From contig JALNLB010000001.1 of assembly GCA_023267885.1 (NCBI GenBank), positions 6,083 through 70,082 on the forward strand: a stretch of DNA of 64,000 nucleotides, read 5' to 3'. The stretch is from Candidatus Terraquivivens ruidianensis. Its GTDB lineage: Archaea; Thermoproteota; Nitrososphaeria_A; Caldarchaeales; Wolframiiraptoraceae. Shown here piece by piece: positions 1 to 7,707 of this stretch. The number at the start of each line of letters is the position of its first letter. Position 1 is the stretch's first letter. The position numbers and the translations under genes are program-made. The notes below the pieces were generated by a model, which saw only the letters and a list, made by a program, of their open reading frames with translations, did not search any database and was not told the origin of the DNA.

Positions 1-632
1 GGGCCAACGACTAGCACCTCCCTTGCGTTGCTCGATAGTTCAAGGAGCCTTTCTATCGTCTTGTTCACGAATGCAGAGCCGGTAATTATCGCTACTGATG
101 CGTTCCTCAAAGACTTCTCGAGACTTACGCCGGGCTCTGTCGGTAGACCCAGTTCCATCAGTGCCGACTTGTTATCGTCGAAAACTATCAATTCCCTTAC
201 GTTCTGCATCAACCTCTTGACGTAGGGCGGAAAGGCTCCGACCATGACGACGCTGTCGGAGGGCTTTATGCTGACGGTATCTAAAGCATCGTTTCCAAGG
301 ATGACGTTGTAACGGCTTCTCATCTCACCGAATATAAGCGACTGGGATGCTGCGTTAATCGTAGCTATGCCGATGGCCGACAGAATCGTGTCTTCCTCCT
401 CTGCCAACTTAATGGCATCGCTAACGCTCATGCCAGCAATCTCGCCAGCCATGGGAACCTTTGGGCAGCATGTAGTTTCTGTGAGGCCCCTTGCCATGGT
501 GTAGGATACGCCACCGTGGCCTGTGCTGAGCTTCACGCCAGTATAAAATATTCCAACCCTTATGTCCTCCAAGCGCTCATTTTGGAACTTATCGAAAAGA
601 GTTTCTACAAGCTCACGTATCAGTCCAGCCAT
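1..632 (-). CDS. DUF4213/DUF364-type Rossmann-like protein (putative metal-chelation domain family); C-terminus runs off the window
   Basis: The minus-strand frame is open from the ATG at 630-632 to the window edge. It is absent from the ORF track because there is no stop in the window. The translation MAGLIRELVETLFDKF..GIFYTGVKLSTGHGGVSYTM..IGIATINAASQ..VVMVGAFPPY..AIITGSAFVNKTIERLLEL fits the two-domain DUF4213+DUF364 pattern. Confidence 0.55.
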   Translation of the reverse strand, partial: MAGLIRELVETLFDKFQNERLEDIRVGIFYTGVKLSTGHGGVSYTMARGLTETTCCPKVPMAGEIAGMSVSDAIKLAEEEDTILSAIGIATINAASQSLIFGEMRSRYNVILGNDALDTVSIKPSDSVVMVGAFPPYVKRLMQNVRELIVFDDNKSALMELGLPTEPGVSLEKSLRNASVAIITGSAFVNKTIERLLELSSNAREVLVVG

Positions 633-670
633 ACAATTTAAAGTACATATCGAGCATTAATAAGCGTTCG

Positions 671-1030
671 TCAGGTCTTAAAGAGCAGCCACCCCATCTT
701 TGTCTTCAATAGAACATACTTGCCATTGAGCTTTGAGCCCTTTAGCATGCAGACGAGCTTCTCATCCGGAACGTGTTCTAGGATTTCATAATCGCCCTTA
801 TCCCATATGAGTACCTTCCCGGCACCGTATCCCTCAGCTATCTCACCCTCAAACGAAGCATAATCGATGTCGTGGTCTTCCTGTTGTATGCCAAGCCGCT
901 TCACACCTTTTTCTTTCGGCAGTTCCTTCCTGAACGCCCAAGATTTTAGGACACCATCCATTTCTAACCTTAAGTCGTAGTGAAGGCCTGCTCTCCTTGC
1001 ATGATGTTCATGGACGACGAATATCGGCAT
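671..1030 (-). CDS. Stand-alone LigD-type 3'-phosphoesterase (PE) domain protein
   Basis: 119 aa. FVVHEHHARRAGLHYDLRLEMDGVLKSWAFRKELP matches the hallmark N-terminal motif of the LigD PE domain. The size matches the stand-alone archaeal PE proteins. Confidence 0.75.
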   Translation of the reverse strand: MPIFVVHEHHARRAGLHYDLRLEMDGVLKSWAFRKELPKEKGVKRLGIQQEDHDIDYASFEGEIAEGYGAGKVLIWDKGDYEILEHVPDEKLVCMLKGSKLNGKYVLLKTKMGWLLFKT

Positions 1031-1037
1031 GCTATCT

Positions 1038-1565
1038 TCACGCCTTCTTGCTCTTGGCTACCCTTACCTTGGGCGGCCTCAAAACCTTATCGTTGAACGT
1101 GTAACCTTTCGCCACTTCTTCTACGATTGTACCATCCTCTACATCGTCCGTCTCGACGTGTTCTATTGCTTCGTGGATGAAGGGGTCAAACTTCTTTCCA
1201 ACGGTCTCCATCCTCCTTACACCCGCATCCTCCAGAATTTTTAGAACGTCCTTACCGATGAGTCTTAAACCCTCAAGCAAAGGGGATGGTTGCTCACCGC
1301 AAGATTCCGTAGCCCTTTCGATTGTCTCGTAAACGTTTATCAACCGTATGAGTATGTTCTCGATGGCCGACCTCCTCGCTCTCTCTACCTCCTTCACCGC
1401 ATACTTCCTAAGGTTATCCAGCTCTGCCGCTAAGTACAAGTAGTCGCTCCTTAGCTTCTCGTTTTCCTTCTCGAGAGCCTCCAGCTTCTCCTTAAGGGAT
1501 TCTAATTCCTTCGATGCATCTTCCTCGGACATGCTTTTCTTTCTAAGATTGTTTGTGTTTTTCAA
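1038..1565 (-). CDS. grpE: Nucleotide exchange factor GrpE
   Basis: 175 aa. It has an N-terminal coiled coil (LESLKEKLEALEKENEKLRSDYLYLAAELDNLRKY) followed by a C-terminal GrpE beta-domain pattern (FDPFIHEAIEHVETDD..GTIVEEVAKGYTFNDKVLRPPKVRV). Confidence 0.85.
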   Translation of the reverse strand: MKNTNNLRKKSMSEEDASKELESLKEKLEALEKENEKLRSDYLYLAAELDNLRKYAVKEVERARRSAIENILIRLINVYETIERATESCGEQPSPLLEGLRLIGKDVLKILEDAGVRRMETVGKKFDPFIHEAIEHVETDDVEDGTIVEEVAKGYTFNDKVLRPPKVRVAKSKKA

Positions 1566-1596
1566 TTTATACTTTAAAACGTCTTTATGGTTGTCG

Positions 1597-2268
1597 TCAT
1601 TTTTTGCAATCTATCGGACACGTGTCCGGCGTTTCTGGGCATGGACAACCGACAGCCATGCAAACGAACTCTTGGCAAACACCGTCGCCGCACATATCCA
1701 CACAAGCTTTTCCGTTTCCGACAAATGCTTCCCCCTCCCATCGTAAGAAGGGTTCTTGGTCTTGGAACTCCACTCCCCATAACTGAACGACGTACTTCCC
1801 TTCTGGTAACGGTCCAACCTGAATGCTAATAACATATCGACATATGCATCTGCACATCCCACCTACGTTTTTCTCCTCGATTGCGACCGCGCCCCGCTCG
1901 AGGGGTTCTTCATCGAGAGCCACATTAAACTCCGCACAACAAGGATAGAGTATGACGTGCTTTAGGTAGACGTAGCTCCCCTTGACCTCCAGCAAGACTT
2001 GGTCAGTCTCAACACCTTCGTATGATGTCGGACAACACGATGAACTAACGCTGTATTTCAGATGCGGTTTAGCTCCCGTAATCGGGAAGGCGCCAGCCAT
2101 GTATAACATGACCGCTGCTGCTACGACGGCTACCGGAATAATTATTTTCCAGACGCTCTTCAACGCCAAACACCTATTCGTATACTGTAGAGACCCATCT
2201 ATATTTCTAAGCATTCGAACACTCATCAATGATTTGAAAGGGTCTGAAAAAGAATAGTTTTCAATCAT
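1597..2268 (-). CDS. Cys-rich membrane-anchored/secreted hypothetical protein
   Basis: 223 aa. There is one hydrophobic anchor (IIIPVAVVAAAVMLYMAGAF), many Cys residues and a C-terminal CGDGVCQEFVCMAVGCPCPETPDTCPIDC module. It overlaps the upstream gene's stop by 8 nt. Confidence 0.45.
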   Translation of the reverse strand: MIENYSFSDPFKSLMSVRMLRNIDGSLQYTNRCLALKSVWKIIIPVAVVAAAVMLYMAGAFPITGAKPHLKYSVSSSCCPTSYEGVETDQVLLEVKGSYVYLKHVILYPCCAEFNVALDEEPLERGAVAIEEKNVGGMCRCICRYVISIQVGPLPEGKYVVQLWGVEFQDQEPFLRWEGEAFVGNGKACVDMCGDGVCQEFVCMAVGCPCPETPDTCPIDCKK

Positions 2269-2677
2269 ACATTCGGGACGGTAGTATCTGTGGCTTTACG
2301 CAATGGACTACAACCTTATAATCATCAGCTTGGACCGCATAAACACCTTGCGATGGGGCTATGAAAAACTCTTGTGAACCGGCAGGTATTCTCTGGAACG
2401 TATGTAACGTCGACGACCTGTTATCCAATATCTTGACGTTCTCTAATTCCTTCCCTGCCGTGATGACTATCGCCATATCGGAGCAGTAAGCTGTGAGGGG
2501 TGGCTGCTGTCTGACGAACTGTGTCAAATACATGTGCATGATGAGCGACGCTATGATGATGGCTGATATACCTATCAAGAGGATGCCTATCCTCATTAAG
2601 TCACGAAGCCCGCTCATCATAAAGTCAGCATATAATGAGCGATTAAATCTTTTTTTGTTCAAAAGATTGGAACACAT
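2261..2677 (-). CDS. Single-pass membrane hypothetical protein
   Basis: 138 aa with one TM segment (IGILLIGISAIIIASLIMHMYL). It appears co-transcribed with 1597-2268. Confidence 0.4.
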   Translation of the reverse strand: MCSNLLNKKRFNRSLYADFMMSGLRDLMRIGILLIGISAIIIASLIMHMYLTQFVRQQPPLTAYCSDMAIVITAGKELENVKILDNRSSTLHTFQRIPAGSQEFFIAPSQGVYAVQADDYKVVVHCVKPQILPSRMYD

Positions 2678-2787
2678 ATTCTATGTTTTTAGAATTCAAT
2701 TGGTTTAACCCTTAGAAATGTAAGCTTTCCACTTCTCTAAGTTACTCAAAGCTGAGACATTACAGAACCATTCGGTGCGTGCTTATA

Positions 2788-3115
2788 GGTGGCGGCAGCC
2801 CCCAGTGGGTAGCGGAGGGCCCGACAGGTGCGCTTGCTGGAAGCAGGATCGGGTACGATGCTACGCAGCGGTGCCGTCGCGCCTTAGTGCTGCTCTCTCC
2901 CGAGCCTGACACAGTTCGGCGCGTAAGGGATGCCTATCCCCTCCTTACGGAGAGGCTGCGTCCCTCCGAGACCCCGCGTAGGCGCACCCTCACGCCCCCT
3001 TCCGGCATGCATTCCTGCCAAGCTCTCCACATCCCACCAGGTTATCCGGCCCTCGCGTGTAGCCCGTTTCGAGTTGAGGGGAAGGGCTAGCTCCCCAGCC
3101 CTACCTGCCGCCACC
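2788..3115 (-). ncRNA. Signal recognition particle RNA (archaeal 7S/SRP RNA), about 328 nt
   Basis: This is a GC-rich block whose ends pair (GGUGGCGGCAG...CUGCCGCCACC). Read on the minus strand it shows three SRP features. The first is an Alu-domain-like 5' part (AGGGCU-GGGGAGCU-AGCCCU hairpin). The second is UCCCCUCAACUCGAAACGG, resembling the archaeal UGUAAC/GAAAC region. The third is a helix-8-like CAGGCUC-GGGA-GAGAGCAG in the 3' half. A BRE/TATA element sits 23-34 nt upstream. Confidence 0.75.
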
Positions 3116-3137
3116 GAATAAAGGAATATCTTTGCCC

Positions 3138-3149
3138 GATAAAGGTTTT
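3138..3149 (-). promoter_or_regulatory. BRE/TATA element for the SRP RNA
   Basis: The minus strand reads AAAACCTTTATC, centred about 26-27 nt upstream of the predicted 5' G of the RNA. Confidence 0.5.
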
Positions 3150-3202
3150 GTCCGTGAAGTGGTACTCTTAAACGGGTTTCTTTATCGCCTGTTAAGATTA
3201 TT

Positions 3203-3964
3203 CTAGGTTCCGGCGCGTCTCTTCAGATACGTATCCTTTATCTCCATTTTGAAGCGTTCGTCCAGAGCCTGATACTCTTCGGGCGTTACGCCTATTTCTT
3301 TTCTCAGCCATGTCTCGAAATCCATCTCCTCTTTCTGATACCTTGCTTCTTCCATCGTCTCCTCCTTTAACGTCTGAACCGTTTCCTCTATAAGTTCACG
3401 TAAATTGAAAGTCACCCACTCGACCTGCTTATCGTCCACCAACCTTTTAATCATTTCTTGCCTTTTAGTCAGCTCGCTCGTTTTGGAGGTTTTGACGTCT
3501 ATCAGGAGTATCTTCTCCGGCCTTCCTTCCTCCAGCCCCTTGAACGCTATGAAGTCTATCGGGCTCCCTATGAATCGAGCATCCTTTGGGTTCACGCCGA
3601 GCTTCGCCAGCATGTACAAGGGCGCTATCTGTTCGCTTACACGTCCTAAAGTCGTAGAGAGCGACCTTGCTATCGCATCCATCCTTATCCTCTCCTCCTC
3701 AGTCGCACGCCACTTCTCCAACTCCACCTGCAACGCATTCCTTTTCCATTCCTCAAACCTCCTCTCGGTCTCTTCTTGAGCCCACCTCTCTAACTCCTGC
3801 CTGTTGGCTAGAGTCCTTTCTGCAACCTCTTTCTCAAGATCTGCGATGGCTTCGGCCACGCGTTTCTCAATCTCAAGCTTCATCACGGACTTAAGGCTCG
3901 AATACTTCCAAATGGTAATAATAAGCGCTACCAAAAGTAGAATGACAAGTATTTCAAGCAACAA
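3203..3964 (-). CDS. Membrane-anchored coiled-coil protein with C-terminal PD-(D/E)xK (Hjc-like) nuclease fold (COG4741-like)
   Basis: 253 aa. It has an N-terminal TM (LLEILVILLLVALIITIW), a long charged coiled coil, and then IGSPIDFIAF..ILLIDVKTSKTSELTKRQ, which fits the D...(D/E)xK motif. Confidence 0.55.
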   Translation of the reverse strand: MLLEILVILLLVALIITIWKYSSLKSVMKLEIEKRVAEAIADLEKEVAERTLANRQELERWAQEETERRFEEWKRNALQVELEKWRATEEERIRMDAIARSLSTTLGRVSEQIAPLYMLAKLGVNPKDARFIGSPIDFIAFKGLEEGRPEKILLIDVKTSKTSELTKRQEMIKRLVDDKQVEWVTFNLRELIEETVQTLKEETMEEARYQKEEMDFETWLRKEIGVTPEEYQALDERFKMEIKDTYLKRRAGT

Positions 3965-4030
3965 TTCAAAGAAAGGTGGGGGTCGTATGTTTATAAATTT
4001 TACATTAAGTTAATTAGTTGCCCTCGTGGG

Positions 4031-4095
4031 AAAAAAAATTTTTCCTGCGTTCGTAACTAATTCTTGGGCCCATAGAACCATGGTTCTATGGGCCC
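4031..4095 (-). terminator. Terminator-like hairpin plus T8 tract downstream of the mtnA-like gene
   Basis: A perfect 30-bp palindrome GGGCCCATAGAACCATGGTTCTATGGGCCC lies at 4066-4095, 23 nt after the stop. It is followed on the minus strand by TTTTTTTT (4031-4038). Confidence 0.45.
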
Positions 4096-4117
4096 ACCCT
4101 ATCCTAAGCTTTTGGAT

Positions 4118-5197
4118 TTACTGGCTGGTGATTGAGCGGTAGAGCTCCATGAGACGGTGTGGCTCGTATATTCCCTTCTCCGTGATGACCGCCGTGACGA
4201 GCTCTGGTGGCGTCATGTCAAAAGCCGGGTTTATGGTCTTAACACCCTTTGGTGTTATCCTCGTCCTTCCCACGTAGTGCACCTCGTCCTCATCCCTGAA
4301 CTCTATGACTACGTCCTCCGGCCTACTCTCGAAGTCTATCGTGGAGGTGGGCGCTGCAATGTAGAGGGGTATGCCAAAGTGCTTGGCCGATATGGCTATC
4401 GTGAGCGTACCTATCTTATTCACGATGTGGCCGCTCCTTGCCAGAATCCTGTCGGCTCCAACCACGACCTTGCTCACCAAGCCCTGCTGCATCACGTAGC
4501 CCACCATACCATCCGTGATGAGTTTAAAGGGTACGCCCATCATCTTCAGCTCGAAGGCCGTTAGCCTCGCACCCTGTAACTTAGGTCTAGTCTCGGTAGC
4601 TATGACCGAAATGGATTTTCCATCCTCGAATGCAGCCCTTATCACTCCAAGCGCCGTGCCGTAACCGACTGTTGCAAGAGAGCCGGCGTTACAGTGCGTT
4701 AGTATAGTGTCTCCGTCTTTTATTATCGTCGAGCCCTGCCTTCCTATAGCTCTGTTTACTTCCACGTCCTCATCTGCCATCTTTTTCGCTTCCTCCAATA
4801 CGCTCGAGATTACGTGCTCAACGTTTCCGCTCTTCGCCGCTTCCCTAGCTACCTTCATGACCCTCTCGAGCGCCCAGTAGAGGTTTATGGCCGTAGGTCT
4901 TGTCGAGGCTAGAACCTTTTTGGCTTTCTCCAACTCTAACATGAGCTTCTCTACGGTTTTATTTTTTCCACTCTTAGCCGCCAAGGCCATACCCATGGCC
5001 GCAGCTACGCCTATCGCTGGCGCACCCCTAACCGCCATGTTTTTGATGGCGAATGCGACGTCCCTGTAGCTATTGCAGCTGATATAGCTTAGCTTAAACG
5101 GAAGCTTCCTTTGGTCTATGAGCCTGACCTGATTGCGTTTCCAAAAAACCGTCCGTAACTCTTTGGGCATAAAACCTACCTCTATGAGTCCATTCAT
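4118..5197 (-). CDS. mtnA: eIF-2B alpha/beta/delta-family isomerase, MtnA-like (S-methyl-5-thioribose-1-phosphate isomerase type)
   Basis: 359 aa. RLIDQRKLPFKLSYISCNSYRDVAFAIKNMAVRGAPAIGVAAAMG is the MtnA-subgroup signature. The true start may be M10 (MPKELRT). Confidence 0.75.
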   Translation of the reverse strand: MNGLIEVGFMPKELRTVFWKRNQVRLIDQRKLPFKLSYISCNSYRDVAFAIKNMAVRGAPAIGVAAAMGMALAAKSGKNKTVEKLMLELEKAKKVLASTRPTAINLYWALERVMKVAREAAKSGNVEHVISSVLEEAKKMADEDVEVNRAIGRQGSTIIKDGDTILTHCNAGSLATVGYGTALGVIRAAFEDGKSISVIATETRPKLQGARLTAFELKMMGVPFKLITDGMVGYVMQQGLVSKVVVGADRILARSGHIVNKIGTLTIAISAKHFGIPLYIAAPTSTIDFESRPEDVVIEFRDEDEVHYVGRTRITPKGVKTINPAFDMTPPELVTAVITEKGIYEPHRLMELYRSITSQ

Positions 5198-5206
5198 GTG
5201 TGGGTT

Positions 5207-6202
5207 CTAAAGTGTTATGGTCAGTTCTTTCTTCATGAACTCTTCTAGGTCAATAATCTTTCCTGTCCTCATGGATTCGAGTATCGCATCTGCTATGAGC
5301 GTGGCCTTGAGTCCTTCAACTTCACCGACCAGGGGTCTCTCGCCCTTTCTAATGCAATCTATGAAATGCTGCACCTCTACCATTAAAGGTTCGACCTGCT
5401 TCACCATAGGAGACCTACTGCTATCAGCTTTTTCCACAACAACCTCCCTTGAAAGGAACTGTATGCTTATGACACCTTCCTCGCCAGTTACATGCATCTC
5501 ACGCTTCTTTCTGGGCGTGAGCCAGTTAGCCTCTATCAGCGCACTCCTGTCACCCTCAAACGATAAAACGGCTTGAACGTGGTCCTCGAGCTTATGTCTT
5601 ATAGAGCCTCCCTTGGCATACACGCTGACTGGTTCGGTATTAAAGATGTATCTTGCTAAGTCTATATCGTGTATTGCCGTATCCTTCACGACGCCTATGT
5701 CGCCTATTCTCTCAGGCCAACTACCTATTCTCTTGCTGTAAGAAAGTATGATGGGACCTATCTCACCTTTGTCCATCAACTCTTTTCCTAATCCGATTGC
5801 CGGATTGAACCTTTCTATGAAACCCACCATCACCGTGCTCTTACTATGCCCTGCCTCGGCGACTATGTCCTCGGCCTGCTTTATCGTCGTTGCCATAGGC
5901 TTCTCTATTAACACATGCTTATCCTCTCTTATGAGCGTAAGAGCTATATCAGCATGGGTGTTCGATGGGGTACACACAATGAACGCATCCACATCATCGG
6001 ATAAAGCTTCTTTGTAGTCGGTCGTGTATTTGGGAATTCCGTATCTTAAAGCCAGCTCCTTTGCCCTGTTTATATCTATATCGCATACGTGGGTTACTTT
6101 AACACCCGGCATCTCTTTGAGTACCCTTGCGTGATTCTTGCCCCAAAAACCTGCGCCGATTATTGCAACAATAATTTCCCGCATATCCTTTGACCTAGCC
6201 AC
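5207..6202 (-). CDS. Gfo/Idh/MocA-family NAD(P)-dependent sugar oxidoreductase
   Basis: 331 aa with the N-terminal Rossmann motif IIGAGFWGKNHA and the EKP motif (VLIEKPMA). Confidence 0.8.
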   Translation of the reverse strand: MARSKDMREIIVAIIGAGFWGKNHARVLKEMPGVKVTHVCDIDINRAKELALRYGIPKYTTDYKEALSDDVDAFIVCTPSNTHADIALTLIREDKHVLIEKPMATTIKQAEDIVAEAGHSKSTVMVGFIERFNPAIGLGKELMDKGEIGPIILSYSKRIGSWPERIGDIGVVKDTAIHDIDLARYIFNTEPVSVYAKGGSIRHKLEDHVQAVLSFEGDRSALIEANWLTPRKKREMHVTGEEGVISIQFLSREVVVEKADSSRSPMVKQVEPLMVEVQHFIDCIRKGERPLVGEVEGLKATLIADAILESMRTGKIIDLEEFMKKELTITL

Positions 6203-6274
6203 CTCCTGTACGTTTACCTTTTAAGCGTTATCCATTCGAAGAGTAGAAAAAGCATTCTATATTTTGGAATCAAT

Positions 6275-7450
6275 CTAGACGGAGATGATGCGGCCCAAGT
6301 CTATGAGTTTCGTCTCTTCCTTCAGCCTACATATCGTACGCTCCGAGATATTTTGGGGATGTACCGCCAAAATTATTAAGTTAACCTTGAATGGGATTAT
6401 TCTCTCTGCGCCAGCCTCGACCTTTGGCTCAATCTCGTCTATGTTATAGAAGTGGACTTTGACTCCTTTTTTTGGTAGCATGGTGCTCACTAACTCCTTA
6501 TCAGACTCGCGCTCAAATACGCATGCAACTGTCAAACCTTTGCTTCTCTGGAGTGCCAACTTGACTTCTCGCCTAAGATTTGTGGTTATTGCCCTTAGCA
6601 ATACAATCTTTGTTCGAATGATGTTCCGCATGAGCATTAACCTCTGCGGTAACCTCCTCTCCTCAGATACTAGATAATTCATTACCATCTGGGAGATTGG
6701 GTCATCCTCTATTACAGTTGGCGCCTTACATTCAGAGAGGCTCAGTGCATCTTCGACATTCACATCCATTTGTTTAAACAGCAACAAAGCATACGAAGAC
6801 AGTGCCTTCATGATTGCCTGCTTTGCTATGAGTAACAAGTTAGCCGTCTCGGCCTCCTTAAACGTTCTATACAATTTTATCATGTTCGACGGAACGAAGG
6901 TAGACATGAATTTCTTTACTATGTTGGCCGCCTCAGATTTAGGTGAGCAAACAATGTATGTTTCGGCTTGGGCTTCAAAAGGTGTAATCAGAGCCACGCT
7001 GATGTCTTTTTCTGTATCGAGTCGTGAGTATCTCTCAAGTATGTTTATCACTCCTTCCATTGTCCCTGGAGGAGCCAGCCCGCCGTATACCAACAGCGAG
7101 TTTGGGGTTATGTGAGGCGCCATCTGTTTGAAGAGATTCATCACGGCTTCCATTTCTTCTTCAATTCCTAATGCATGGCTTGTGACGAGTATAGTCTTCG
7201 ATGAGGCTAAGGCGCTTTCTATGTCAGTTGTTGCCATGAGCATTCCTCCTAACAAAAGTTTTGTGAAGAGCGACTTAGGTACCCTATGTAGCGATGACCT
7301 ATACTCCTTTAGCTGGGCTGCAACGTAGTCGCTGGTCGTTGCAAAGATCACCTTGTAGCCCGCACTAGCTATCTTGACCGATGTTGGGATACCAGTGATA
7401 GAGACGTCAACTTGGACTATCGTTTCTCTCGGACCCCTCATGTCCACCAC
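6275..7450 (-). CDS. Degenerate nucleotide-sugar dehydrogenase homologue (probable pseudoenzyme)
   Basis: 391 aa. By eye it is colinear with the bona fide Ugd at 29112-30449: LLVYGGLAPPGTMEGVINILE vs LVVVKSTVVPGTTSRVVAPILE, and EAETANLLLIAKQAIMKAL vs NAELIKYANNAFLATKISF. It lacks the GxGxxG motif (it has ITGIPTS) and the catalytic GPC-LPKD cysteine. Confidence 0.5.
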   Translation of the reverse strand: MVDMRGPRETIVQVDVSITGIPTSVKIASAGYKVIFATTSDYVAAQLKEYRSSLHRVPKSLFTKLLLGGMLMATTDIESALASSKTILVTSHALGIEEEMEAVMNLFKQMAPHITPNSLLVYGGLAPPGTMEGVINILERYSRLDTEKDISVALITPFEAQAETYIVCSPKSEAANIVKKFMSTFVPSNMIKLYRTFKEAETANLLLIAKQAIMKALSSYALLLFKQMDVNVEDALSLSECKAPTVIEDDPISQMVMNYLVSEERRLPQRLMLMRNIIRTKIVLLRAITTNLRREVKLALQRSKGLTVACVFERESDKELVSTMLPKKGVKVHFYNIDEIEPKVEAGAERIIPFKVNLIILAVHPQNISERTICRLKEETKLIDLGRIISV

Positions 7451-7706
7451 CCTTTTTCAAAACCCTATACAGCCAGAACGTCGCAAGCCTGTGCCAGCCG
7501 ATAATCCACACCACGAGAATCAAGAGAGCCGTCCCGATTCTGTATACCGAAAGCAGTAGAGGCTCATTAGGTGAAGTAGTCAACGGAATCACGAACACTG
7601 ACATCAGATAAAGAACACCGAGGAACATCCCCCACACTATGAGTAGGAGGATAGCTATCATGGATATTGTGAGAAACTTATCCTTTACATTTGACATACT
7701 ACTCAT
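7407..7706 (-). CDS. Small two-TM membrane protein
   Basis: 99 aa with two hydrophobic helices, wedged between the AglH-like gene and the degenerate dehydrogenase on the same strand. Confidence 0.4.
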   Translation of the reverse strand: MSSMSNVKDKFLTISMIAILLLIVWGMFLGVLYLMSVFVIPLTTSPNEPLLLSVYRIGTALLILVVWIIGWHRLATFWLYRVLKKGGGHEGSERNDSPS

Positions 7707-7707
7707 C

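Noticed and set aside
2788-3115. Alternative readings of the GC-rich RNA: an SRP RNA on the plus strand, or RNase P RNA.
   Set aside because: - **Plus strand:** it shows GGAAGCAGG but no GNAR-type helix-8 context at the expected position.
- **Minus strand:** it gives the Alu-domain-like 5' hairpins, CCCCUCAACUCGAAAC, and CAGGCUC-GGGA-GAGAGCAG in the 3' half, plus a correctly spaced BRE/TATA.
- **RNase P:** no RNase P CR-I (GAGGAAAGUCC) or CR-IV/V motifs were found.
2779-3121. Three track ORFs (2779-3090 +, 2930-3121 +, 2884-3114 -) in a very GC-rich block.
   Set aside because: The block has complementary termini and SRP-RNA motifs, and the ORF products are Arg/Pro/Gly-rich nonsense typical of structured-RNA DNA. 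It is interpreted as the SRP RNA gene, not as CDS.
4028-4046. The 15-nt motif GCAGGAAAAATTTTT shared (in reverse complement) between 4028-4046 and the loop of the hairpin at about 50317-50331.
   Set aside because: It is a low-complexity A/T-run sequence. A single 15-mer match is expected by chance in a 64-kb window searched on both strands.
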